From an uncultured Deferribacteres bacterium (GTDB taxonomy: Bacteria; Zhuqueibacterota; Zhuqueibacteria; Zhuqueibacterales; Geothermadaptataceae), in contig CAXHAT010000091.1 of assembly GCA_964014485.1 (NCBI GenBank), positions 1-29,334 on the forward strand: DNA of 29,334 nucleotides. Direction: 5' to 3'. The translations under genes were made by a program, and so were the position numbers. The notes under the pieces were generated by a model. It had not been told where the DNA came from. It did no database searches and saw nothing but the letters and a program-made list of their open reading frames with translations. Below are positions 15,479-24,744 of the stretch, piece by piece. Position 1 is the stretch's first letter; each line of letters begins with the position of its first letter.

Positions 15479-18400
15479 CTATGGATTTCTTCGCAACCGA
15501 TCAATCAAATCATAAACCGTTGGGATGACGATGAGCGTGAGCAGCGTAGAGGTAACGAGTCCGCCGATCACGGCGATGGCCATTGGGGCGCGCAGTCGGG
15601 CGCCTTCGCCGAGGCCGATGGTGAGCGGCAAAAGCGCCAGAATCGTCGTGGCGCTGGTCATCAAAATTGGGCGCAGACGGCGTTTGGCCGCCTGTATGAC
15701 TGCTTCTTTCCGCGCTATGCCTTGCGCACGCAATCGTGTGATGTAATCCACCAAGACTATCGAGTCGTTCGCCGCAATGCCTGCCAGCATGATGACACCG
15801 ATGTAGGCCATGATGCTCAACGGTTCGCCGACAATCAGAAACGCGTAAACAACGCCAACTCCGGCTAACGGCAGCGTGAGCAGAATCGTAAACGGGTGCA
15901 AAAAGCTTTCGAACAATGAAGCGAGCACCATGTAAACGAGAACGATTGAAAGCAACAGGGCGAATTTTAATTGATCGAAAGATTCCTGCCGTTCCGCCTC
16001 TTCGCCGCCAAAACTCACTTCGTAACCGGACGGCAACGGCACTTGCGTCAAGCGAGGTTCAATACTTGAAATGACGCTGCTCAATTTAACGTCTTTGTCG
16101 AGCTGTGCGGTGACGTGGGTAACGCGTGACTGGTTGTGCCGCTGAATTTCTTTCGGGCCTTCATCCTTCTCAAGACGGACCAGATCGCGCAAGCGCAGGA
16201 TTGCGCCGTCAGGAGACGCGATGACGAGATTTTCCAATTCCATCATCGTGGCTTTTGGGAAAGCAACGCGAATATTCCGGTCGTCACCTTCGGTGTAAAA
16301 ACTAGACACAACATTCCCCGCCAAACGGTCGCGAACTTTCGCGCCGATTTGCTCAACGTCCAAGCCAAAACTTGCCGCCAACAAACGATCAACTTTCAAA
16401 TTGATTTCCGGCCTGCCGATTTCAAAACTAGTTTCGATGGTGTTCAAACCATTGATTGGCTCCAACGATTCGGCAATGCGCTCGCTGAGCTGCTGAAGAA
16501 TGGTAAAATCATCACCCTTGATTTCGACGATGACCGGCGGGCCGCCCGTGCCGATCGTGGCTTGCAAGCTCGTCTCACGGATGCGAAAACTCACTTCCAT
16601 GCCCGGCAAATCAAGGCCGGGACGCAAGAGTCGAATCGCATCGGACGGCGGCAGACCTTGCTCGCCGCTGCGCAAGTTAATGGTTACGCGCGCCCGTGAT
16701 TCACTGTTCGAAGCGCTTGAAGTAAACAAATCCTGTGATGAGCTGACATTGACGGTGGCAAATTGGTTTTCAAGTGCTTCGCCGATAATCTGTCCGATTT
16801 GGTACTCGACCTCGGCAAGCACGTCAGAAGATTTTTCCAGAGGCGTGCCCGGCGGCAATGTGAGATCAAGCTGCACCTGGTTTTCCGCGCTGCGGGGTAC
16901 AAATTCATTGCCGACGACAGGCAAAAGAAACGCGGCGGAACCTAGCATCAAAATCGCGGCAATCACCACGGTTTTGGGGTGATTCACCGCCCAGTTGAGA
17001 AATTTGTTGTACACCTGAATGTTCAAATGCTGCTTTTCCAACGCCGTCGTTTTTTTGGCGAATACGCGCGAAGCCAGCGGCGGGATCAGCAAAAAAGCGA
17101 CGAGTAAAGATGACAACAGCGAAAACGCGACGACCCACGCTTGCTCCTTAAAAAGCTCGGCGGCAACGCCTTGAACATAAACGATGGGCAGGAAAACAAT
17201 AATTGTCGTCAACGTGGAAGCGACGATGGCGACGCCGACTTCACTTGTGCCCTTAATGGCCGCTTCTCCAGCTTCTTCGCCGGACTGCCTTCTTCGGAAA
17301 ATGTTTTCGATGACGACAATCGCGTTATCGACCAACATTCCGGCGCCAAGAGCCAAGCCGCCAAGAGTCATCACGTTGAGCGTGTATTCCTGAAAAAACA
17401 TCAGGCTGAAAGTCGCCATGATTGAGATCGGAATCGCGAGGCTGATGATCACTGTGACGCCAATGTTTCGCAGAAAAACGTAAAGTACGAGCACCGCGAG
17501 AATAACTCCAATCACCGCCGTGGTTTTCACTTCACCTATGGCGGAATCGATGAAGTCCGCCTGGTTGTAAATCGTAACGAACTGAACGCCGCCCAACTCA
17601 CTTTCCATACCGCCAACAGCTTCCGCGAGCTGTCCGGCCACGCGAACGGTGTTGTCTTGCGCTTCTTTGTAGACATAGAGCCCGACGCTCTCTCGACCGT
17701 TGAAGCGCACAACCTCGGTGCGTTCTTCCGGCGCATAGCTGATCTTCGACACGTCGCGCAAGTAGATCGGCACTTTTTCCGGCGTGAATTGGCCGCCGGC
17801 CTGTTGCGCGCCAACAGAACTCGTGTCTCCGTTCGTCGCCTTGTCCTGATAGCCGACGACGGTTGATGCAACTTCGTCGATGTCCTGATATTTCCCCACG
17901 CCTTTGATCAGAAAGGAAGTATTGTCTTGCACCAGATTGCCGCCGGAAGCGTCGGCGTTTGATTGTTGGATTTGTGTGTTAATGGTCGCCGGGGTGAGAT
18001 TGAATGCGTTGAGAAGATATTCGTCAAGCTCGACGCGCACTTCCCGTTTGAAGCCGCCGTAGACTTCCACGCGCGCCACGCCGTCGAGGCGTTCCAGGCT
18101 GCGTTTCAAAACGTTTTCAGCGATGCGGCGCATTTCGTCGAGATCACGGTCACGGTCGCTTTGCAGCGCATAAATTGCAATCGGCTCTTCTTGCGGATCA
18201 TAGCGGGCGGTGAGAACGCGGTCAACGTCGGGGTCGGATTCAAAACCGGCGACTTTTTTCTGTACATCGAGCAGGGCAAAATCCATGTCGGCGCCCCAAC
18301 TAAACGTGACCGTTGTCAACACGCGGCCCGGGCTGCAAACGGAGCGGACGTCCACCACGCGGCTCACGGTGCCGAGCTCTCCTTCCAATTGGCGCGCAAA

Positions 18401-18586
18401 ACGCTGCTCCATTTCTTGCGGGGCTCGGTCGCCGGACTGTAATTCGACCACAATGCGCGGGTTGTAAATCGAAGGCAGCAGATCCGTGCCGAGCTTGTCG
18501 AAAGAAATGTACCCGAGAATTGCAATGGCCGCCATAATCATCGCAATAGTAACGGGATATTTGACGGAAAATTTGGGGAGATTCAT
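15479..18586 (-). CDS. AcrB/AcrD/AcrF-family RND permease
   Basis: 1035 aa with GMLVDNAIVVIEN, RRLRPILMTSATTILALLPL and PMAIAVIGGL. Confidence 0.95.
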   Translation of the reverse strand: MNLPKFSVKYPVTIAMIMAAIAILGYISFDKLGTDLLPSIYNPRIVVELQSGDRAPQEMEQRFARQLEGELGTVSRVVDVRSVCSPGRVLTTVTFSWGADMDFALLDVQKKVAGFESDPDVDRVLTARYDPQEEPIAIYALQSDRDRDLDEMRRIAENVLKRSLERLDGVARVEVYGGFKREVRVELDEYLLNAFNLTPATINTQIQQSNADASGGNLVQDNTSFLIKGVGKYQDIDEVASTVVGYQDKATNGDTSSVGAQQAGGQFTPEKVPIYLRDVSKISYAPEERTEVVRFNGRESVGLYVYKEAQDNTVRVAGQLAEAVGGMESELGGVQFVTIYNQADFIDSAIGEVKTTAVIGVILAVLVLYVFLRNIGVTVIISLAIPISIMATFSLMFFQEYTLNVMTLGGLALGAGMLVDNAIVVIENIFRRRQSGEEAGEAAIKGTSEVGVAIVASTLTTIIVFLPIVYVQGVAAELFKEQAWVVAFSLLSSLLVAFLLIPPLASRVFAKKTTALEKQHLNIQVYNKFLNWAVNHPKTVVIAAILMLGSAAFLLPVVGNEFVPRSAENQVQLDLTLPPGTPLEKSSDVLAEVEYQIGQIIGEALENQFATVNVSSSQDLFTSSASNSESRARVTINLRSGEQGLPPSDAIRLLRPGLDLPGMEVSFRIRETSLQATIGTGGPPVIVEIKGDDFTILQQLSERIAESLEPINGLNTIETSFEIGRPEINLKVDRLLAASFGLDVEQIGAKVRDRLAGNVVSSFYTEGDDRNIRVAFPKATMMELENLVIASPDGAILRLRDLVRLEKDEGPKEIQRHNQSRVTHVTAQLDKDVKLSSVISSIEPRLTQVPLPSGYEVSFGGEEAERQESFDQLKFALLLSIVLVYMVLASLFESFLHPFTILLTLPLAGVGVVYAFLIVGEPLSIMAYIGVIMLAGIAANDSIVLVDYITRLRAQGIARKEAVIQAAKRRLRPILMTSATTILALLPLTIGLGEGARLRAPMAIAVIGGLVTSTLLTLIVIPTVYDLIDRLRRNP

Positions 18587-18623
18587 ATGGTCTTGGGTTT
18601 ATTCTCGTGAAATCGGGAAGTCG

Positions 18624-18703
18624 AGTGATCAGTCATAAGTAAATAGTAATTAGTGGGCTATAGACTGATTACTATTTACTAATCACTCATTACTGATCAC
18701 TGT
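18624..18703. repeat. Inverted array of 7-bp repeats forming a long hairpin between the MFP and RND genes
   Basis: + strand: (g)AGTgat cAGTcat aAGTaaa tAGTaat tAGTggg ... ACTgatt ACTattt ACTaatc ACTcatt ACTgatc ACTg. AGTGATCAGT/ACTGATCACT and AGTAAATAGTAAT/ATTACTATTTACT pair perfectly. Confidence 0.85.
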
Positions 18704-19758
18704 CTCGCCACTCTAACTTTCGACTGATCTCGCAGCGTCTCGTGGCCTTTTGTCACCACTTGGTCGCCTTCTTTAATGCCGCCGGAAATCTCCACGTCTT
18801 CCCTAGTCTCGATGCCTGTGCTGACTTCGCGTTCGTGGGCGACGTTGCCTTCGACGACAAAAACCGTCGGGCGGTTGTTGCGCGTCAAAATCGCTTCTTT
18901 GGGGATAACGATGGCCGTGTCGTTGCTCGCCACGACGATGTCCGTTTTGACGAACATGCCCGGACGCAATTTCAAATCTTTGTTTCCAATCTCCACGGTC
19001 ACTTTGAAAGTGCGAGTGCGCTGATCGATGGTCGGATCGATGGCCGTGACAAGACCTTTGAAAATCTCATCTTCGAGCGCATAGTTGCTCACCAACACGG
19101 AATCGCCGACGTCCACGCGGCCAAGGTCCGTGTTCGGCAAATTGACGTCAACAAGGGTTGTCCTGTAGTCCAAAATGTTGCACAACACAAATCCGGTGCG
19201 AACGCGCGTGCCGTCGGCGTTTTTTTGTAAATTGGCGATCATGCCGGAGATAGGCGCTCGAAGATTGAGTTTTTCGGCTTGAATAAGTTTCGATTCATAG
19301 TCCATTCTGGTTCTCAACTCTTCTTGTCGAGCTTGTTCTAATTCTTTCTCTGTAACCCCGCCTTCTTTGAATAATTCTTCCTGTTTATCTAATTCCCGTT
19401 TAGCATTCTCTTTTGCCAACTTGTTGTATTCAACGCGTACCGTGAGCAAGTACTCGGGATTTTCGAGCTTCGCCAATTGATAACCTTTTGTCACTGGGCG
19501 ATTGGTCGAAAGATCTACGCCGTTGGATTTAGCCAGATGCAGCAGTCCGTCTACCTCAGTCACAACTTGCTCTTCTCGGCTGGCGCGCAGGGTGCCGGTC
19601 GTTGAAATATACTCGGCGATGGGGCGGCGATTGACTTTTTCAACAGAGACGGGAAAAGTCAAGTCCGCGGCGCTCTGCTCATTGTTATCGGAGCAACTAG
19701 CCAACAACACGCCGAGCATGAGAATGATGGAAACGCGAATGATTTGTCGTAAGAACAT
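18697..19758 (-). CDS. RND periplasmic adaptor (membrane fusion protein), lipoprotein
   Basis: Lipobox LLASC; LRAPISG, LRPGMFV, IPKEAI and GDQVVTKG. Confidence 0.93.
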   Translation of the reverse strand: MFLRQIIRVSIILMLGVLLASCSDNNEQSAADLTFPVSVEKVNRRPIAEYISTTGTLRASREEQVVTEVDGLLHLAKSNGVDLSTNRPVTKGYQLAKLENPEYLLTVRVEYNKLAKENAKRELDKQEELFKEGGVTEKELEQARQEELRTRMDYESKLIQAEKLNLRAPISGMIANLQKNADGTRVRTGFVLCNILDYRTTLVDVNLPNTDLGRVDVGDSVLVSNYALEDEIFKGLVTAIDPTIDQRTRTFKVTVEIGNKDLKLRPGMFVKTDIVVASNDTAIVIPKEAILTRNNRPTVFVVEGNVAHEREVSTGIETREDVEISGGIKEGDQVVTKGHETLRDQSKVRVARQ

Positions 19759-19846
19759 GACGGGCCTTTTTTTCAGTAAACTCAAATTAAACCAAGTACT
19801 CTATCATCAACCACAGCGGGACACGACTCCCCCAAAAATCAAGTTT

Positions 19847-21349
19847 TTACTCGTCCGGAACCTCAACCACGACGGGCGCGCTACGCTCAAAATCCCACAA
19901 AGTCTTGCGGCGCAAATCCGCCAGGGTGCGTTTATAATCGATAACCGACGCAAGATAATTTGTCCGTGATTGCGTCAGACGCGTTTGCTCAAGTGCCAAA
20001 TCCTGACTGCTAATATCGCCGTTTTCAAAGCGCAGCAGACTGATACGGTAGCTCTTTTCCGCCAATTCCTGGCTGCGTTTGTTAATTTCAACGCGTGTCT
20101 GCGCCGAAGCCAAATTGCGCACCGCTGTGCGAATTTCCTCGGTGATTAAATTGACGCGATTCTGTTTGGTGAGAATGCTGCTTTCCAAATTCGCCTTGGC
20201 CGACTGCACCTCGGCAGCGTTTCGCCCCCAATCCCAAAGCGGAATGGAAAGCGAAACACGGACGCTGCGATCATTGTCAAAATTTTGAAAAGCGTCGCTA
20301 AACCGTTCTTCCCGATTCGATAATCCGTAACTTAGAAAAATCTGGCCGCTGACTTCCCTATTTGTATCTGTTTCTTTTACACTTATCCTATCTAATTCAA
20401 CAGAGATTTCGTCTGAGCGCAATTCCGTTCGTCTATCCAGCGCTTCCCCGAGCGCTTTCTCCAAAGTCACTTCAACAGGTGTGTATTCCAAATCCGTCGT
20501 TGCCTCCACGATATCGGTAATCGACAGACCGATAAGATTTTTGAAGGCGTCTTCGCTCTGTAAAAGGTTTGCTTCACTTGTCGCTGCAGTATTTCGGGCA
20601 TTTGCAAGGTCAACTTCAAGGCGCAAAACCTCAACTTCCGGTAACAGGCCCGCTTGCTGTTTCAGATTTGCGATTCGATAAGCATTCTCGGATTGCGTGA
20701 CCTGCTCATTATCAATTTGAGCCTGTTGCTGTGCCTGGAAAAGAGAGTAAAAATTGGCCGTCACGTTGAAAACGAGATCGAGCTGGCTGCGCGTATATGT
20801 TTGCAATGTGCTTTCGAGGTTTAACTCGGCGCGTTTCAGTCCGGTTTTGAGACGGTTGAGCGTAAAAAGCGGCTGGCTGTATTGCACGCGGAAGTCAGGA
20901 CGAAACGAAATATCCGTTTGCTCAAATTCGCCGAACGTCCTAAAACGAAAACGGCTCATCGAGCTGACGAGTGAAAACGTACCATCAGTAAAGGAAACCG
21001 GTTGGTTGACGGAGACTTGCGCCGCAAAGTTAAGCGTTTCCTGGCGGTCGAAAGAAATGCCCCCGCCTTGAACATTTGTGGGGCGTTCAGACTGTTCAAA
21101 ATTTGGCAAGCTCAAAACATCGAATTGCGCATTGCTCTTGAAGCTCAGACGGGCCGCACGCAAACTCATCCGTGATGAGATCAGATTTTGCTCTAGTTGC
21201 TTGGCGTTATTGCTGCGCCCGAGCGCAATATCGATGCTCTGTTCAAGGGTTAAAACATGCCTGGTTTGCGCGGAAACAAGCGTAGAAAAAACCGCCAGGA
21301 ATGCAAGGCTGATAAACGGCCCGCAACAGGTCGTAAAACGAATTCTCAC
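19847..21349 (-). CDS. TolC-family outer membrane channel
   Basis: Signal peptide; LTLEQSIDIAL, SLSIPLWDWG, AEKSYRISLLRFENGDIS. GGAGG RBS before the GTG start. Confidence 0.92.
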   Translation of the reverse strand: MRIRFTTCCGPFISLAFLAVFSTLVSAQTRHVLTLEQSIDIALGRSNNAKQLEQNLISSRMSLRAARLSFKSNAQFDVLSLPNFEQSERPTNVQGGGISFDRQETLNFAAQVSVNQPVSFTDGTFSLVSSMSRFRFRTFGEFEQTDISFRPDFRVQYSQPLFTLNRLKTGLKRAELNLESTLQTYTRSQLDLVFNVTANFYSLFQAQQQAQIDNEQVTQSENAYRIANLKQQAGLLPEVEVLRLEVDLANARNTAATSEANLLQSEDAFKNLIGLSITDIVEATTDLEYTPVEVTLEKALGEALDRRTELRSDEISVELDRISVKETDTNREVSGQIFLSYGLSNREERFSDAFQNFDNDRSVRVSLSIPLWDWGRNAAEVQSAKANLESSILTKQNRVNLITEEIRTAVRNLASAQTRVEINKRSQELAEKSYRISLLRFENGDISSQDLALEQTRLTQSRTNYLASVIDYKRTLADLRRKTLWDFERSAPVVVEVPDE

Positions 21350-21390
21350 AAACTCTTCCTCCAGAAAACTTCAGTTTCGGTTCCGTCAGA

Positions 21391-24300
21391 TTATTGGACA
21401 TACTCCCAACGAATTGCGTCCGCAATCATCCATCCGTCACCTTCATCGGATAGTTCGACAAGGGCGGCTTCATCCTTTTCAAACTGAAATCTGCCAAGAT
21501 AAATCCACCCGTCGGCGGTCTCGATAAATTTCATTTCTACCGGCTGGCGACCTTTCGAAGTGACAATGTTTATCTTAAAAGATTTCGACAAATTACTCGC
21601 CCACCACCGGGTTCTCCGATCACTGGTGCTGACCGGCATGTGAAAACTGAGGTCATAAAAGCCGCTGCGGGGCGGCTTAACTTCCCAGTGCGCCGGAAAA
21701 TCACCTTCGCCGCCGCGTTTATACCGCCAGCCAAAATAATATTTTCCATACGCCCGCGGGCTCATATTTTCCCACCAGGATTTGCCTTTTTGCGCAGGCC
21801 GTAAATATTTGGACGTTTCACCGACAGGCAGAAAAAAGCCGTCATCACGATCATCGGCATAAAAAACGGTTGAATCAGAATTTGAGTTCACGGCGAAAAT
21901 AGTGTCCATTGCGACGCCCCGCTTCGTGCGCGTGGGAATGGTAAGCGCTTGACTGATGCTGCCGCGATTACGGGAAAAATCGGGCAGTACGCGGATTTGC
22001 CGCGGACTTTCCTTCACGACAAAATGCACTTCTTTCTCTTCGTAGCTGCCCAGGCGGATGTTTTTCTTGATTTTATCATTCTTCGTATCGCAAAAAACCT
22101 GAACAAATCCCGCTCCTTTCTCGCCGTTTTGCACGCGCGCTTTCACAAGGTAGGCAATTTGCATTTTGCCCGTGTCCAGCTTTTCCACCTCGGTGCTGGT
22201 AATGCGATAACCCGGAAAAGTCGTTTCCCTAAACCACTGCTCATAAAAGTCGCCGAGCGGCGCTTCCGAATGCCGGTTCATGATCGCAAAAAAATCTTCC
22301 GGCGTGACTTTTTTGTACTTGAAATTTGTCACGACTTCGTCTAACGCACGCCTGAAATTTTTCCCGTCATCGCCCATCGTTTTTTTGAGAATTTCAAACA
22401 CTGCGGAACCTTTGATATCCAAACGCCCGCGATAAAGGTTGCCGTCTTTTTCGGGCAGAAAATCTGAGAGCGGCGTTTCTTCAAGACTGACGAGAACCGA
22501 ATCATATTCCGTCCGATAATAGCGCCTGAACCGCCAATGAATCCAGTCTCCTTCGCCGGAGCGAAGCATTTCAAGCGTGCTCAAATTGACGTTCCAACGA
22601 TCCGGGTAAAATTTGTCTTTAAGTGATTTTTCAACATTCTCGAACAAATGCAGCTCGAGTGCTCGACCCAAGACGTGATCAGTGAGGTCAATCTGGTGAT
22701 GAAAGTAGTTTTTGGTCGGAGACGACATATTAAAGAACCAATTGTCGTTCCACTCGCTCCTCCCCCTCCCGATCGTGTAACGCAGGGCTTGCTCAACGAA
22801 CACGTCGCGCTTTAGCCTGGCGTCCGAATCATCGCGCCGACGGCGTTGTGCGCGCTTCTTTTTACGCTCGAGAAGTTTTTCAAAATAGCGCCCGGCGAGA
22901 TCGCGCTCATCAATCATGATGATTTGCGGCTGCTCAAACGGGCTCAGGTAGCCCGAACGCGTCAGGAAAATTTGCGTTTGCATCGGCGTTTCGACGTACG
23001 CCAATTTTGGGTAAGGGTAAGCCTGGCCCGTGGTATTCTCATAACCATCGAGAATCTCTTCAATAACTTGAAAACACGTGTCGGCAACGTCCGAAAAAAT
23101 ATCGAGGCCGCGCAAGTGGTTCTTGCGATAATAAAGCTCGAGCGTTGTTTGTTTAAAATTTCGCGCCAGCTTTGCGTATTCGCCGATATTGAGTGAAAAA
23201 GCGGGCAACGGCGTCTCAACTTCGAAAATCGCGGTTCGCGCGCCATTTGTCGTCGAGTCGGAGGCGCGAAAACCTTGCGTGATCGCGGTCAATTTTCTCG
23301 GCGTTTTAATTTCAAATCGCGCGGTGGCAAAATTCTTGGGTTTTGGCGAATTGAAGTCATAACCTCCCGCTGTTCCCGGCGCCGGATACCAACCGGCTTC
23401 AGCCGGCAACAAGGCAAAATCTTTGGTGAGGTACGCCCAAAATTCGCCAATATTCCAAGGGCCGTCCTTTTTGTCAATCAAGCCCTTTTCATCGGGTAAA
23501 AAATCAAGTGCAAAAGCGTCGGCGTCGATTGTCCCGGCATAGCTTAGACTAATTTTTGTTTTCTCTCCCGCTTCAAGCGGCGCATCTTTCAGATTGACTA
23601 ACAGGAGTTGATGCTCTTGTTTAAACGAAATTTCCGAACCGCCAACTTTTTCAACGTTTTGCACTTTCAAACCGCCGTTCAAGGCAAAAACGAGTGTGTC
23701 GAGCGGCGTCTGGCCTGGGTTCACAACACTCATTTCAAGCTCGACGGCCAAAGGCGCGCCTTGCCTCCCAAATGAAATCTTAAAATCGTAATGCTCGACA
23801 TCGGCCAACGGCGCATTGACCCAGTGATCCTGCGCATCTATCGCCGCGGACTTTTTGCTTTCAACAGTCTGGTGCTCACTGATAACATCGAAACAAATGT
23901 ATGCGGCGCCAGCGAGAAAAAGCACGGCAAACGCTTGCGACATTCTTTGGGATAAATTCGATTGTCTTAAACGAGGATAGAGAATGATGGAAAAAGCAAG
24001 GAGTGCAAAAGCCAACAGCGTATAAAACAGCCTTTGTTTGAGAATATGAGAAATATCGCCAAAGCCGACCAGATCGCTGGCGAAGAGCGGCAGCCAAAAC
24101 GTGCCGTAATCGAACATGCCAAGAAAATCCGCCTGGAAATAGAACAACACCCCGCCCCAGAATGCCAGCGAAAGCAAAATCGCGATGGATTGCACGCGAA
24201 ACAAGCTGACGAAGAAGAACATCAGCGAGGTCATGAATAAAATGGAAGGGATGGTCGCAATCGTATAATATTGCAGGGTGGGAACGAGATCGAAGCCTAA

Positions 24301-24732
24301 ATCAAGAATGAGCGCCTTGATGGTTCGCCCAATAAGCGCGATAAAAACCAGCGCAACATTGAGCACGAGAAGCGCGCTGACGACGCCAAAATATTTCCCA
24401 ATCACCCAATTCGCTGTTGTCATCGGGCGGGAAAGCATGACTTGATCGAGCCGCGCTTTTTCTTCGGCTTTGCGAAAGTCGCCGGCAACGAAAATGATCA
24501 GCAATGCCTGAGCGTAGCTAAAAAAGTAGATGACAAGGAACGATTCCGTGCCTTCTAGGAAGAATTCTCCCGGCGGCGTACCGTCAAAAAACGTTGCGAG
24601 CGTCGTCCCGGTCAAAATCATTAATGCCGCGAAAATTCCGGCTCCGCCTAATATCCAAAATTTTGGCATCCGGTACAGCATCCGCCGCTCGTAAGAGGCG
24701 ATGGTGAGAATGTACTTTAGAGCTTTTAGCAT
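21391..24732 (-). CDS. ABC-2-type permease fused to a degenerate M1 aminopeptidase-like domain and a C-terminal golvesin/xanthan-lyase-like beta domain
   Basis: N-terminal TMs with SRPMTTANWVIGKYFG. M1-like segments EHYD, GWYP, YPYPKLAYVETP, KGSAVFEILKKTMG and FYEQWF, with no HEXXH. C-terminal GWIYLGRFQF...VELSDEG...IADAIRW. Confidence 0.8.
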   Translation of the reverse strand: MLKALKYILTIASYERRMLYRMPKFWILGGAGIFAALMILTGTTLATFFDGTPPGEFFLEGTESFLVIYFFSYAQALLIIFVAGDFRKAEEKARLDQVMLSRPMTTANWVIGKYFGVVSALLVLNVALVFIALIGRTIKALILDLGFDLVPTLQYYTIATIPSILFMTSLMFFFVSLFRVQSIAILLSLAFWGGVLFYFQADFLGMFDYGTFWLPLFASDLVGFGDISHILKQRLFYTLLAFALLAFSIILYPRLRQSNLSQRMSQAFAVLFLAGAAYICFDVISEHQTVESKKSAAIDAQDHWVNAPLADVEHYDFKISFGRQGAPLAVELEMSVVNPGQTPLDTLVFALNGGLKVQNVEKVGGSEISFKQEHQLLLVNLKDAPLEAGEKTKISLSYAGTIDADAFALDFLPDEKGLIDKKDGPWNIGEFWAYLTKDFALLPAEAGWYPAPGTAGGYDFNSPKPKNFATARFEIKTPRKLTAITQGFRASDSTTNGARTAIFEVETPLPAFSLNIGEYAKLARNFKQTTLELYYRKNHLRGLDIFSDVADTCFQVIEEILDGYENTTGQAYPYPKLAYVETPMQTQIFLTRSGYLSPFEQPQIIMIDERDLAGRYFEKLLERKKKRAQRRRRDDSDARLKRDVFVEQALRYTIGRGRSEWNDNWFFNMSSPTKNYFHHQIDLTDHVLGRALELHLFENVEKSLKDKFYPDRWNVNLSTLEMLRSGEGDWIHWRFRRYYRTEYDSVLVSLEETPLSDFLPEKDGNLYRGRLDIKGSAVFEILKKTMGDDGKNFRRALDEVVTNFKYKKVTPEDFFAIMNRHSEAPLGDFYEQWFRETTFPGYRITSTEVEKLDTGKMQIAYLVKARVQNGEKGAGFVQVFCDTKNDKIKKNIRLGSYEEKEVHFVVKESPRQIRVLPDFSRNRGSISQALTIPTRTKRGVAMDTIFAVNSNSDSTVFYADDRDDGFFLPVGETSKYLRPAQKGKSWWENMSPRAYGKYYFGWRYKRGGEGDFPAHWEVKPPRSGFYDLSFHMPVSTSDRRTRWWASNLSKSFKINIVTSKGRQPVEMKFIETADGWIYLGRFQFEKDEAALVELSDEGDGWMIADAIRWEYVQ

Positions 24733-24744
24733 TTTAGCGCTGCG

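Noticed and set aside
18624..18703. CRISPR array
   Set aside because: Units are 7 bp with no spacers, and there are no cas genes.
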